Shown piece by piece: positions 47,666-57,680 of a stretch of 64,000 nucleotides of DNA. The notes beneath the pieces were generated by a model, which made no database searches, had not been told where the DNA came from, and worked only from the letters and a program-made list of their open reading frames with translations. The position numbers and the translations under genes were made by a program. The stretch is from assembly GCA_003514055.1 (NCBI GenBank), contig DOSG01000008.1:45895-109894 (forward strand). The letters run 5' to 3'. Within the stretch, counting starts at the first letter, position 1; each line of letters begins with the position of its first letter. The DNA is from Candidatus Yanofskybacteria bacterium (GTDB lineage Bacteria; Patescibacteriota; Minisyncoccia; 2-02-FULL-40-12; GWA2-44-9).

Positions 47666-47810
47666 AATATCTTGCAGATTACTTAAATACGTCTACATAA
47701 GAGCTGCGTCTTGATAAAAGCATAGTATCAAAAATATAGTCTATTTTCAACCATTAGCGTCACTATGCATTTGTGAAGAAATACAAAAAAATATAGTTAC
47801 CCTATACTAA

Positions 47811-47967
47811 GAGCATTACGACCGTTCATCTGGCTACCGAAGACGAAGAAGAATAGATTGCCGGTCAATGATGAGCCTAGACTAGACGACATAGGTTTTC
47901 GTTAAAACATTAGATAACTATTGAAATAGTCCATTAGCAAAACCGCCCCAATGGGGCGGTTTTGCTA
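47811..47967 (+). ncRNA. candidate small structured RNA
   Basis: TATACT at 47803, several hairpins with G-U pairs, ends at a terminator; no credible ORF. Confidence 0.3.
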
Positions 47968-47996
47968 AAAAGTATTTTGGATCCAAAATACCTAGA

Positions 47997-48275
47997 TTAT
48001 AGAATAGCTTCTTTCAAAAGTTTACCCGGTGTAAATCTTGGCTTTTTGGAAGCTTTGATTTGGATTTTCTCTCCTGTTCTCGGGTTGACTCCTTCTCTAG
48101 CTTTTCTATCTGAAACCTTGAAGATACCGAAACCGGTTATGTTGACCTTATCGCCGGTTTTCAATACTTTCGTGATCTCATCTGTAAAAGCATCGATCCA
48201 CTCTAATGACTGCTTCTTAGAAACATTCATTTTCTCAGCTAAATTTTGAGCTAATTGACTCTTTTTGACTGGCAT
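47997..48275 (-). CDS. hup: DNA-binding protein HU
   Basis: GFGIFKV..RKAREGVNPRTGEKI. Confidence 0.95.
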   Translation of the reverse strand: MPVKKSQLAQNLAEKMNVSKKQSLEWIDAFTDEITKVLKTGDKVNITGFGIFKVSDRKAREGVNPRTGEKIQIKASKKPRFTPGKLLKEAIL

Positions 48276-48364
48276 ACGCACACCCCCTTTCTGTTTTAAT
48301 TATTGTACTTGTATAGTACTCAATCAAAATACTAGCATAAATACTAGATTTTTGGAACAACTGC

Positions 48365-49897
48365 CTATCTCGCGTATTCTACGGCTCTAGTTTCCCTTAT
48401 TACATTAACCCTGATTTCTCCAGGATATTTCATGTCTTCTTCAACTTTTTTAGCAACATCCTTAGCTAGCTTAATAGCTCCTAGGTCATCAATTTTCGTG
48501 GGCATTACGAATATCCTCAATTCCCTACCGGCCTGAACGGCATATGATTTCTCAACGCCCTCAAATGACGTAGCAATTTTTTCTAACTCTTCTAATCTCT
48601 TGAGATATATCTCAACAGTATCTTTTCTGGCCCCAGGTCTGGCGCCAGATATGGCATCAGCAGCTTGAACAATTCTAGACTCAATCGAAGAATATGGATA
48701 TTCCTCATGATGAGCCTCCATGCCTTCGATTACTTTCTTATCTATTCCGAATTTAGCCAAAATCTTTCTTCCAATTTCGACGTGAGTGCCCTGAACCTCG
48801 TGATCAACGGCCTTACCTATGTCATGGAACAATGCCGCCTTCCTGGCAACGCTTACGTCTGCGCCTAATTCTGAGGCTAGCATGGCCGCAATATGGGACA
48901 TCTCGATAGAGTGCAGCAATACGTTTTGACCGAAGCTAGTTCTAAAAGCTAATCTACCTAATAAGTATGTGAGCTTAGGGTCAATTGGGCCGACACCTAC
49001 CTCAAATAGAGCCGCTTCGCCAGCTTCTTTAATTTTGTCATTTATCTCGGCTTTGGCTTTGTCTACCATCTCTTCGATCTTAGCCGGATGTATCCTGCCG
49101 TCAGCAATCAACTTCTCGATGGCTAATCTAGCTACCTGTCTTCGGACCGGATCGAAACCTGAGACAACCAATGCCTCCGGCGTATCGTCAATAATAATAT
49201 CGACGCCAGTCAATCTTTCGATAGTCTTAATGTTTCTGCCTTCTTTGCCTATGATCTTACCCTTGACTTCATCGGAAGGCAGGTTAACTACCGTAGTCGT
49301 AGCATCGGCGATCTGAGATGAGGCATATCTCTGGATAGTCATAATCATTAATTCCCTAGCTCTCTTGTCTACCTCTTCTTTACCCTCAAGCTCAAGCTTT
49401 CTTATCTTAGTATAAAGCTCATCCTTATACTCCTGCTCAATCTTTGCGATTAATTCGATTTTAGCCGCATCACGTGTAAGATCGGTTATCCTTTCCAATT
49501 CTTTCATCTGTCTCTCTTTCCCCTGCTCAAGGTCGGCCTTGATTAGAGTAAGTTCAGCGGCCCTAGATTTAAGGAAATCTCTCTCAGCCAGAAGCTCCTT
49601 GCTTTTTTGGTCCAGTTCGTCTTCCTTTTTAGTAAGAAGATTTTCGATTCTAGTCAGCTGAGCATTCCTGTCTTTCTCCTCTTTTTTGGCATCTTCCAAA
49701 AGCTTAATAGCCTTGTTTTTAGCTTCAAGGAGGATATCTTGAGATTTAGATTTTGCCTCGTTCAGGACTGTGTGGGCCCTAGATTCGGCCGAGCTAATCC
49801 TAGCACTAGCTAAGATCTGACGAAGAACGTAACCAACGATAGTACCTAAGACTAAAGCCAAAAATGCCGCTAAAAGCGGATTCATTCCTAATATCAT
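48365..49897 (-). CDS. rny: ribonuclease Y
   Basis: TM + coiled coil + KH (KIIGKEGRNI) + HD (FHDIGK). Confidence 0.97.
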   Translation of the reverse strand: MILGMNPLLAAFLALVLGTIVGYVLRQILASARISSAESRAHTVLNEAKSKSQDILLEAKNKAIKLLEDAKKEEKDRNAQLTRIENLLTKKEDELDQKSKELLAERDFLKSRAAELTLIKADLEQGKERQMKELERITDLTRDAAKIELIAKIEQEYKDELYTKIRKLELEGKEEVDKRARELMIMTIQRYASSQIADATTTVVNLPSDEVKGKIIGKEGRNIKTIERLTGVDIIIDDTPEALVVSGFDPVRRQVARLAIEKLIADGRIHPAKIEEMVDKAKAEINDKIKEAGEAALFEVGVGPIDPKLTYLLGRLAFRTSFGQNVLLHSIEMSHIAAMLASELGADVSVARKAALFHDIGKAVDHEVQGTHVEIGRKILAKFGIDKKVIEGMEAHHEEYPYSSIESRIVQAADAISGARPGARKDTVEIYLKRLEELEKIATSFEGVEKSYAVQAGRELRIFVMPTKIDDLGAIKLAKDVAKKVEEDMKYPGEIRVNVIRETRAVEYAR

Positions 49898-50093
49898 GCG
49901 ATTGTGAAGTTATGTCTGTGGTCATAATCATCTTTAGATGACGTAAACTTACAGATTCCAAAACTCAAATGTTAAGTAATTACCATATTATTATATCACC
50001 CAAGGCCCAAATTAGCAACAATAGCCCTAAGGTGGCGGCCCAATTACGCTCATCAGAAATGCATTTCATTGATAGTCTGATATAATTAATCTC

Positions 50094-51644
50094 ATGAGAC
50101 CCGTCGTACTGTGCATACTCGATGGCTGGGGATTTTCCAAGCAAAAGCTCGGCAACGCTATTTCGACCGCCGAAACTCCAAACATCGACTTCATAAAAAA
50201 TAACTACCCATCCCTTTTGCTTCAGGCTTCCGGCGTTGCCGTCGGCTTATCTTGGGGTGAATCGGGCAATAGCGAAGTTGGCCACCTGACTATTGGTGCA
50301 GGCAGGATAATCTTTCAATATCTCAGTCGGATAAATAAGGCTATAGAAAATGGCAGTTTTTTTACTAACCCCGAGCTGATGCAAGCCATTGATCATGCGA
50401 AAAACAACCACTCCTCTCTGCACTTGGCTGGGCTATTAACCTCCAATTCGGTGCATGCCTATACCGATCACATTCTAGCTCTCATTGATTTAGCAAAACG
50501 AAACGGCATAAATAATGTTTATCTCCACCTTTACACGGATGGCAAAGACTCTGGCTTAAAAGAAGCTCCATCTATATATAAGAAGATCGATGAGTTTATG
50601 AAAACTTCTGGTGTTGGGAAATTAGCTTCTATGATAGGCAGAGATATAGCTATGGATCGAAATGAGAACTGGGATCTCACTGATCAAACGTATCAACTCA
50701 TGGTTAAGGGCGAGGCCGAATCGGCTACAGACCCATATGAGGCATTGAATAGTCGTTACGAAAAAGGACTAACCGACATAAATATGCCTCCTATGTTATT
50801 CGATGCGGATGGCACGATCAGGGACGGAGATGCTCTAATTTTCTTCAATTTTAGAGAAGATCGCATGAAGCAAATAGCCCAAGCCTTCACTCAAGAGAAG
50901 TTTGATAAATTTGAGACGATTGAGATGCCAAATCTCCTGACTATATGTATGACTCAGTACTTCGAAAATTCTAACCTCCATGTTGCCTTTCCGGCGACAC
51001 AAATTAACAACTGCTTATCCGAAGTAATCAGTACAAATGGACTTAGGCAATTGCACATCGCTGAGACGGAAAAGTACGCTCATGTGACTTTCTTTTTTAA
51101 TGCTCTCAGGCGACAGCCATTTGATGGCGAAACTGATACTTTGATCAAGTCAGACAGAGTGGCCACAGAAGATTCGGCCATGAAGGCTAACGAAATATGT
51201 GAAGCAGTTATTAAAGATCTAGAGAATGATATAAATTCATTCATACTGGTCAATTTTGCTAACGCCGATATGCTGTCTCACATGGGTGAATTCAATCAAG
51301 TTGTTGAGGGCGTAGAAACGCTAGATAGACTACTAGGAAAGCTAAGAGAAGTCGTCTTGGCTAAAAATGGATATTTAATTATCGCATCAGACCATGGCAA
51401 TGCCGAATCATTAACATACAAAGGCACTGGGGATTCCGAAACAAAGCACAACCCGAATCCAATCCCGCTATATTTGATAGCCAGGGAGTACGAGAGAGCT
51501 CGAACCCCAGAGGAAATCATTCGATCAGAGTCTAGTCCAGGTGGCTTTCTTTCGGACATAGCTCCGACCGTGATAGATCTTTTAGGCATTCAAAAGCCGG
51601 TCGAGATGACCGGCGATAGCCTACTAGAAACACTGCTCAATTAA
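50094..51644 (+). CDS. gpmI: 2,3-bisphosphoglycerate-independent phosphoglycerate mutase
   Basis: ILDGWG, GNSEVGH, AETEKYAHVTFF, SDHGNAE. Confidence 0.96.
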   Translation: MRPVVLCILDGWGFSKQKLGNAISTAETPNIDFIKNNYPSLLLQASGVAVGLSWGESGNSEVGHLTIGAGRIIFQYLSRINKAIENGSFFTNPELMQAIDHAKNNHSSLHLAGLLTSNSVHAYTDHILALIDLAKRNGINNVYLHLYTDGKDSGLKEAPSIYKKIDEFMKTSGVGKLASMIGRDIAMDRNENWDLTDQTYQLMVKGEAESATDPYEALNSRYEKGLTDINMPPMLFDADGTIRDGDALIFFNFREDRMKQIAQAFTQEKFDKFETIEMPNLLTICMTQYFENSNLHVAFPATQINNCLSEVISTNGLRQLHIAETEKYAHVTFFFNALRRQPFDGETDTLIKSDRVATEDSAMKANEICEAVIKDLENDINSFILVNFANADMLSHMGEFNQVVEGVETLDRLLGKLREVVLAKNGYLIIASDHGNAESLTYKGTGDSETKHNPNPIPLYLIAREYERARTPEEIIRSESSPGGFLSDIAPTVIDLLGIQKPVEMTGDSLLETLLN

Positions 51645-52027
51645 TCTATGCCAGGTGCGTCCTCTTCAACTCTCCTCTCAAGCAAAGATTTCAATTCTAT
51701 CTCCCTTAGCTCATCAATCAGCATCGTTCGCAAATCGCTAATCTTATGGCTATTAGCTATCACCCCTTCCCTAAATAGATCGGCAAAGCAGTTTAGGGCA
51801 ACGGTGTGATCGATAGTCTCTTTTCTATCTAATGGATTCTCGGCTCGATGCAGAAGCGGCCATAGATTATTGACCGGCTCCAAGGAAACAAGGCGACCCT
51901 CTTCGATTAATATCCTAACGGCCCTCAGAAGATTAAGGAGACGAGATCTCCTCATCTTGATCTTTTGCTCATACGCCAAGAAAAAGGCAATCTCTTCGCG
52001 AGCCTTTTTACTTAGGTTGCTCTGCAT
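51641..52027 (-). CDS. hypothetical protein (orphan cassette gene)
   Basis: 128-aa ORF; leader GTTCTTTGA...GGAAGGGG. Confidence 0.6.
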   Translation of the reverse strand: MQSNLSKKAREEIAFFLAYEQKIKMRRSRLLNLLRAVRILIEEGRLVSLEPVNNLWPLLHRAENPLDRKETIDHTVALNCFADLFREGVIANSHKISDLRTMLIDELREIELKSLLERRVEEDAPGID

Positions 52028-52076
52028 GTCCGAGACCCCTTCCGACTAACCACTCAAAGAACGTAAATTTAAAATA

Positions 52077-53162
52077 TCACTTTATTACTCCTCCGCCAAG
52101 AAGAAGTTGTCCCCTGTAAAAAACTGCCGACTGGCCCGAAGTTATAGCTCTAACTGGTTTATCGAATTCTAAATTACCATCATCAGATAAAATGGCTTTT
52201 TCCGATTTAGTTCTGTATCTTATTTTAACGTCAATTCGTGCTGGTAATTTAATTGGACCATTGACCCAGCTGAGATTGCTCACGACCGTCTTCGTTGACT
52301 TGAGATCTTTCTCGCTTCCAACGTAAATAATATTTTTCTCTACGTCTTTTCCGATTACATAAAATGGACCATCTCCAGATTTAATATCTAACCCATGACG
52401 CTGGCCGATAGTATAGTAGAAAACACCATCGTGAGTTCCAATGGCTTGGCCATCTTTTATTATCTCGCCTTTTTTCGATTTTATTCTTTTCAGCAAGAAA
52501 TCTTTCACGTTTAATGGTCCGATGAAACAGACTCCTTGGCTATCCTTCTTCCCCGCATTCGGCAATTTAAATTTTTTGGCTAGTTTCCTTATTTCTGGCT
52601 TAGTATATCCTCCCACCGGGAATAAGCACCTTTCTATCTCTTTTTCTTTCAGAGTCCATAAAAAATAAGACTGGTCCTTGTTCTTATCTTTGCCCTGATA
52701 AAGATAAGAACCGCAAGAAACAAAGGGCGCCTTTTTGGCCCCAAAGGCGCCCTTTGTGATTTTTCTTACATAGTGTCCGGTAGCGATGAAATCCGCGCCC
52801 TCACTCAATGCTCTTTTCAAGAATAAGCCGAATTTAATCTCCTTGTTGCACATTACGTCAGGATTCGGAGTCCGACCAAGCTTATATTCTCTGATCATGT
52901 AATCGGCAACTTGTTTTTTATATTCCTTAGTAAAATCCCAGGTCTTAAATGGTATATTCAGACTAGCCGCGGCCTTCGCGGCTTCTTCGCGTTCTTCTTT
53001 CCATATACAAAAATCACCGACATCGGGTTGCCATTGTTTCATAAAAACTCCGACCACTTTATGGCCTTCTTGCTTGAGCAGTGCCGCAGCCACAGAACTA
53101 TCCACTCCACCGCTCATGGCCACATAAACCAGCTTTTTGTTGTTCTCTGCTAATCTTGACAT
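52077..53162 (-). CDS. mnmA: tRNA 2-thiouridine(34) synthase MnmA
   Basis: AMSGGVDSSV, TPNPDVMCN, ATGHY, KDQSYFL, DSQGVCF, TIGQR. Confidence 0.97.
   Translation of the reverse strand: MSRLAENNKKLVYVAMSGGVDSSVAAALLKQEGHKVVGVFMKQWQPDVGDFCIWKEEREEAAKAAASLNIPFKTWDFTKEYKKQVADYMIREYKLGRTPNPDVMCNKEIKFGLFLKRALSEGADFIATGHYVRKITKGAFGAKKAPFVSCGSYLYQGKDKNKDQSYFLWTLKEKEIERCLFPVGGYTKPEIRKLAKKFKLPNAGKKDSQGVCFIGPLNVKDFLLKRIKSKKGEIIKDGQAIGTHDGVFYYTIGQRHGLDIKSGDGPFYVIGKDVEKNIIYVGSEKDLKSTKTVVSNLSWVNGPIKLPARIDVKIRYRTKSEKAILSDDGNLEFDKPVRAITSGQSAVFYRGQLLLGGGVIK
52720..52757. repeat. ACAAAGGGCGCC-family palindrome, in-frame inside mnmA
   Basis: ACAAAGGGCGCCTTT-TTGGCCCC-AAAGGCGCCCTTTGT, perfect 15-bp stem; encodes TKGAFGAKKAPFV. 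Confidence 0.9.
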
Positions 53163-53218
53163 AATAGTCAAATAATTATATTATCTTGGCAGCCGTTTTA
53201 CAAGAGGGGTGGGTCATC

Positions 53219-53545
53219 ATGAACTTGCTCGTGGTGGTATTGCTATGCGTCCTTGTTTCATCTTTCTACCTAAATATGGGGTTCGGCATCAGGAAATTTG
53301 GAAGTTTAGTATTTAGAAATTGGCCTTCCGGAGCTTTTTTTGAAGAAGACATGAGATATGCGTGGGCGCTAATGTGGCCCTTCGCCATATTATTCATCGC
53401 CATCATTGCCATAATATACGCATTAGTGTGGATTTTCGCAAAATTGTTTGAAGCCATGCGCTCCATTGCTCTCTTCAGACACGTAATTAATTTCTTTGGA
53501 AGGGCAATAGGATATCTATTCCTCGGTAAAATGTGGAAAAAATAA
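53219..53545 (+). CDS. small membrane hypothetical protein (orphan cassette gene)
   Basis: TTGACA(53156)-N17-TATTAT promoter, GAGGGG SD, terminator at 53550-53571. Confidence 0.6.
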   Translation: MNLLVVVLLCVLVSSFYLNMGFGIRKFGSLVFRNWPSGAFFEEDMRYAWALMWPFAILFIAIIAIIYALVWIFAKLFEAMRSIALFRHVINFFGRAIGYLFLGKMWKK

Positions 53546-53587
53546 TACGGACTCGCATATGCGAGTCTTTTGTTTTATACTTTCGAG

Positions 53588-53806
53588 ATGAGAATAAACG
53601 TAAAAGCTAAACCGGCCAGTCGCGAAGAAAAGGTTGAGAAAATTGATGAAACCAATTTTATTGTTTCAGTAAAAGAGCCGCCCATTCAGGGCCGAGCCAA
53701 TAAGGCCATAATCGAAACATTGGCGAAATATTTTGATATTTCAGCAATACGTATAAGAATCGTCTTCGGTGCCACCTCTCGCAACAAAATCATTGAGATT
53801 ACTTGA
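53588..53806 (+). CDS. DUF167 / YggU family protein
   Basis: VKAKP, PPIQGRANKA, GATSRNK. Confidence 0.9.
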   Translation: MRINVKAKPASREEKVEKIDETNFIVSVKEPPIQGRANKAIIETLAKYFDISAIRIRIVFGATSRNKIIEIT

Positions 53807-54209
53807 TCGGCGTACTATTGAAAACATATTTATCAAAAAATTTCTTTGTTGCCGGCCATAGCCTCATCCTACTCATTTCCTCCTGACTAAAAAATCCAGC
53901 ATCGACAATCTCGCTCTCTTGTATAATAAAAGGCTGGTCATTGTAATCACAAGTCCAGTAGTGTATAAATCTATCCTTCACATCGCCGAAGCCAGACGCG
54001 ACTTCCTTCAAAGGAAACACCTCTATTCCCAACTCTTCTTTTATTTCCCTCTTTAGTGCGGTCGCCTCATCTTCGCCTTCTTCAAGGTGACCTCCGGGTG
54101 GGTAGTAGCAGTCTTTAAAATCCTCGTAAAAGTCAGATCTAACGAGTAGAAATTTTTCGATACCGTCTTCTTTTTTTGATATTAATCCTACTACTGCATG
54201 CTTAATCAT
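53799..54209 (-). CDS. NUDIX hydrolase
   Basis: PGGHLEEGEDEATALKREIKEELG Nudix box. Confidence 0.92.
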   Translation of the reverse strand: MIKHAVVGLISKKEDGIEKFLLVRSDFYEDFKDCYYPPGGHLEEGEDEATALKREIKEELGIEVFPLKEVASGFGDVKDRFIHYWTCDYNDQPFIIQESEIVDAGFFSQEEMSRMRLWPATKKFFDKYVFNSTPIK

Positions 54210-54302
54210 GTTTTTATAAGAGTTGCATTAAGACTTTCATGTACACATTGTAGCGATAAACTTCAATAAAATAAATATATAGGAGGGAGGCCTTGCGCTC
54301 AA

Positions 54303-54959
54303 CTAAAGCACGTATTTCAACATCAGCCAAAAATGGCAAAAACTACCCGCCAAAACAAAGATATGAAATATTTCATGCATTCCAAACCAACGTTTTCGAG
54401 GTATGTATCTTTCTAGACCAAAAAATATCGTGCCGACAGTGTAAAATAGCCCACCAGTAAAAAGCCACACCAATCCCCCATCTGGCAAAGATTTAGAAAG
54501 CGGAGAGATGGCCACGACTGCAACCCAGCCCATTAATATATACAACACCGTAGAAAGCCACGACTTGATCTTTAACTCTAAGAATTTTATTAATATTCCA
54601 GCGATAGCTAGACTCCAAACTATGCCAAATATGCTCCAGCCCCAACCACCCCTCAACACGATAAGGCAAATAGGCGTATAAGTGCCAGCTATAAGTACGT
54701 AGATTAAAGCGTGATCGAATTTTTGAAAAAGTTTTTTTCTGTTATTCTCCGAAGAGATGAAATGATAAAGTGCACTTGCGCCATATAATAGAACTAAGCT
54801 TATACCATAGATTGAGAAGCCGACGACCTTCCAAGCATTACCCTTAATAGCAGCCAAAACTACGAGCAGAATGAGTCCGACCAAGGACAAAATAGTCCCC
54901 AGAAAATGGGACAAACTGCTAAAAGGCTCGTTTTGCTTTAGTTTTTTGAGCTCGTCCAT
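54303..54959 (-). CDS. hemolysin III / PAQR family membrane protein
   Basis: SALYH, DHALIYVLIAGTYTP, HEIFHIFV. Confidence 0.93.
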   Translation of the reverse strand: MDELKKLKQNEPFSSLSHFLGTILSLVGLILLVVLAAIKGNAWKVVGFSIYGISLVLLYGASALYHFISSENNRKKLFQKFDHALIYVLIAGTYTPICLIVLRGGWGWSIFGIVWSLAIAGILIKFLELKIKSWLSTVLYILMGWVAVVAISPLSKSLPDGGLVWLFTGGLFYTVGTIFFGLERYIPRKRWFGMHEIFHIFVLAGSFCHFWLMLKYVL

Positions 54960-54971
54960 AGATACTCAGTA

Positions 54972-56255
54972 CTAATCGTATTTCTGTAAAAAACGAATCT
55001 TGGCTAGGTAGCCCTTTGTTTCTGGGAGTAACTTGCCAAGCCAATCACTGAAACCGCCGGCTATGGCGGCCTTCAACGAGCTATTAACTCGCGCCGGTGA
55101 GCCGTTGTATCCAGCTGCTAGATATTCTTCGAGTTTAGGGTCGTCAACTATTCTACTTCCATGGACTTTCATTAGGCCTGCTAAATTATAATCATACAAA
55201 AGCACAGCTGCCATCATAGAATTCAGATGGTTAGCCGCGCCTTTTTCAAAGTCACTAATTAGTCCGGCTTTGGAATATATTTTTGCTAGCTCTTTATAAG
55301 TTCTCGGCGTAAATTGCACCCAGCCACACGCCGCCGCATAATTACAATTATCAGCGTAAGCCCCAGCTCCATTAGCTCCTATTATAATCTTAACTCTTTC
55401 GGAAGTTTTAGTTGGATCAAGAGTAAATTCTCCTAAATCGCTGTGCTCAGTTATGGGAATTTTGATAAAGTAATCTTTTCTTAAAACCGATACATCGGAT
55501 ACCAAAATCTTGGGATAAGCCCTAGATAATACGCCCTTAGATTTTAACGTAGCATAGGCCTGATCAACCATATCTCTGACGTATTGGTTACCCAAGGCTA
55601 TCATCTCTTGAGTGTGGTAATCCTCACTATACGGAGCATAAGTTACATATTTTATGTTAACCTTATTCTCATATACGAAACTTTTTTTACCATTTTTCAA
55701 AGTCACCGGCTTCTTTATCTTCACATTCTCGGGCTCGGGCCATTTATTGAATAAGACCATGGCATTTGCCGGCTGAGTTACCTTATACTGAGTTGCCCAA
55801 TAATTCCAGCGTATGCCATTGGACCTCTCTACAACCTCTATCTGATAACCAAGTGGAGCAATTAAATCTCCTCCTCTTTTAATTATTTTCACAACCTCCA
55901 ATGCGCCAGAGATTTTATCCATGACTACCAAGGCGATTTCTCTTTCCGGATCTTTTAATGATTTATCAGATATTTTAATCTGACCACCATTGATTGAAAT
56001 TCTTTTCTCTGTGTAGGGAATATCTTTCGTGCCCACCTTGAGCTCAATATCTTTTAGCAACAAACGCGCCTCTGAAATTTTACTAGAAAAATTCCACGTA
56101 GAGGGAGTTGGCGACTGCTCGACGATCATGGTCGGCCCAATCTCTATATTGTTCTTCTTCAACGTTATCTTGGCTGAAACGTAAGTCCAAGTCAAAAACA
56201 GTGATACGACTATTACAATACCAAGTGCCCATTGGACTTTTTTCGTATTTATCAT
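54972..56255 (-). CDS. membrane-anchored protein with a C-terminal lysozyme-like (SLT) domain
   Basis: ITEH, AACGWVQFTPRTY, LAAGYNG, ETKGY. Confidence 0.65.
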   Translation of the reverse strand: MINTKKVQWALGIVIVVSLFLTWTYVSAKITLKKNNIEIGPTMIVEQSPTPSTWNFSSKISEARLLLKDIELKVGTKDIPYTEKRISINGGQIKISDKSLKDPEREIALVVMDKISGALEVVKIIKRGGDLIAPLGYQIEVVERSNGIRWNYWATQYKVTQPANAMVLFNKWPEPENVKIKKPVTLKNGKKSFVYENKVNIKYVTYAPYSEDYHTQEMIALGNQYVRDMVDQAYATLKSKGVLSRAYPKILVSDVSVLRKDYFIKIPITEHSDLGEFTLDPTKTSERVKIIIGANGAGAYADNCNYAAACGWVQFTPRTYKELAKIYSKAGLISDFEKGAANHLNSMMAAVLLYDYNLAGLMKVHGSRIVDDPKLEEYLAAGYNGSPARVNSSLKAAIAGGFSDWLGKLLPETKGYLAKIRFLQKYD

Positions 56256-57571
56256 AGATTTGGCTCTATCTCAGCAGCCTTTCTAATAACCATGCTTGAA
56301 TACGAATAGCAAATTGCCTGAGTACAATTTGGATTGCCACTCACATAAGCCTTTGCTGCTCTTATCTCTCCTGCTTGAGTTTTACTATTGGCGCCGCCTG
56401 CGGCTAACTTGATAGCCGAGGCCATAAATGCATCTTCGATATTCCAAGGATTAGGAGGATTATGGCCCGTTAAAGCGGCTACCTTATCGACATATCCCAG
56501 CCAAGTAGTTGGCAAAAATTGAGCTGGCCCTAGAGCTCCTCCGCAACCATAATTTGGCTCTCTGGATACTTTGACCGTATCCGGATTCATACCTAGGCTA
56601 TTTACTATCTTCATGAAAGCTGCCTTTTCCTGTTCTGCTCGCTGAGGCTTGCCCAAACGCTTATAGCAACCATACATATCGTCAATCCATGTTCCCGTGC
56701 CAACATTTTTACCAAGCCTTGATTCTATCTCTAGAATAGCTATTAGAAAAGCCGGCCTGATACCTGCCGCAATGGCGGCCAATTGTCCAAATTTAATGGC
56801 ATCCTCCACAGAAACACCGTTCTGCTCTAGATAGGTGATCTGTTCTTTAATCATCTGGATATCTTTCTGGGACTTTTTAACCAACTCTTGGAATTTTGAC
56901 TCCTGGCCCTTCGTATCTCGCAATATTTTGTCTTTAGTGCTCTTATTCTGCACCAGATTTTTTTTCTCTAATTCTTGGATTGTCTTAAGCTGAAGCATCT
57001 CATCTTTTTTGTCTTCAAGGTCAATCTTTTTAATTTCCAAGCCAGATTTGATAGATCTTATGCTATCAATCGTATTTTGAAGATTTTCCTGAGTAGTTCT
57101 AACATTATTCAGCTCATTAAAAAAATCTGACAAAGCCCCATTTTTAAGAAGTATTTCGGTTAGAGTTTTCTGATCGTTCTCATAGGCAATCTTTAGATAT
57201 TGAACCAAGGCATTCTTATGTTTGCCTATATCGTCAAGAGCATTAGATATTTGTATCTCAGTATCACCTATCTGTAGGGCGGCCTTATTGATCTGAAGCT
57301 CTATGCTTCGTATTTCTAATTGAATTTGGTTCATCTGGCCATTTAATCTTGAGATCTCGCCCTGCAAGGTAGCTGACTTAGAACGATTTTGATCTATTTG
57401 CTTCTGATATTCATTAATTTGGGCTTGGATTTCGTCTATCTGCTTTTGTTTCAGGTTTATATCGTCTTGTGTGCTGGCGGCAAAAACGCCATTGGCAAAA
57501 AACATGGCAGTAATCGCGATTAAAATGACTAGTCCCAACCTTAACTTGTTGTGATCGCGTAGTCTTATCAT
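56252..57571 (-). CDS. coiled-coil protein with a C-terminal lytic murein transglycosylase domain
   Basis: Signal peptide, long coiled coil, IESRLG, GGALGPAQFLPTTW, NPWNIEDA. Confidence 0.85.
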   Translation of the reverse strand: MIRLRDHNKLRLGLVILIAITAMFFANGVFAASTQDDINLKQKQIDEIQAQINEYQKQIDQNRSKSATLQGEISRLNGQMNQIQLEIRSIELQINKAALQIGDTEIQISNALDDIGKHKNALVQYLKIAYENDQKTLTEILLKNGALSDFFNELNNVRTTQENLQNTIDSIRSIKSGLEIKKIDLEDKKDEMLQLKTIQELEKKNLVQNKSTKDKILRDTKGQESKFQELVKKSQKDIQMIKEQITYLEQNGVSVEDAIKFGQLAAIAAGIRPAFLIAILEIESRLGKNVGTGTWIDDMYGCYKRLGKPQRAEQEKAAFMKIVNSLGMNPDTVKVSREPNYGCGGALGPAQFLPTTWLGYVDKVAALTGHNPPNPWNIEDAFMASAIKLAAGGANSKTQAGEIRAAKAYVSGNPNCTQAICYSYSSMVIRKAAEIEPNL

Positions 57572-57680
57572 CTTAGTCCATTATAGCATAATTTAAACAC
57601 TGCCCATGCCCAACACGCTCAAAACTAATAAGTGGATATTCTGCCTGACTTGAGACGATAAATCCTATATACTAATATTA

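Noticed and set aside
47962-48249. 95-aa plus-strand ORF and similar antisense ORFs over mreB, rpsI, dusB, obgE, prs-like and rny
   Set aside because: Antisense shadows of well-supported genes
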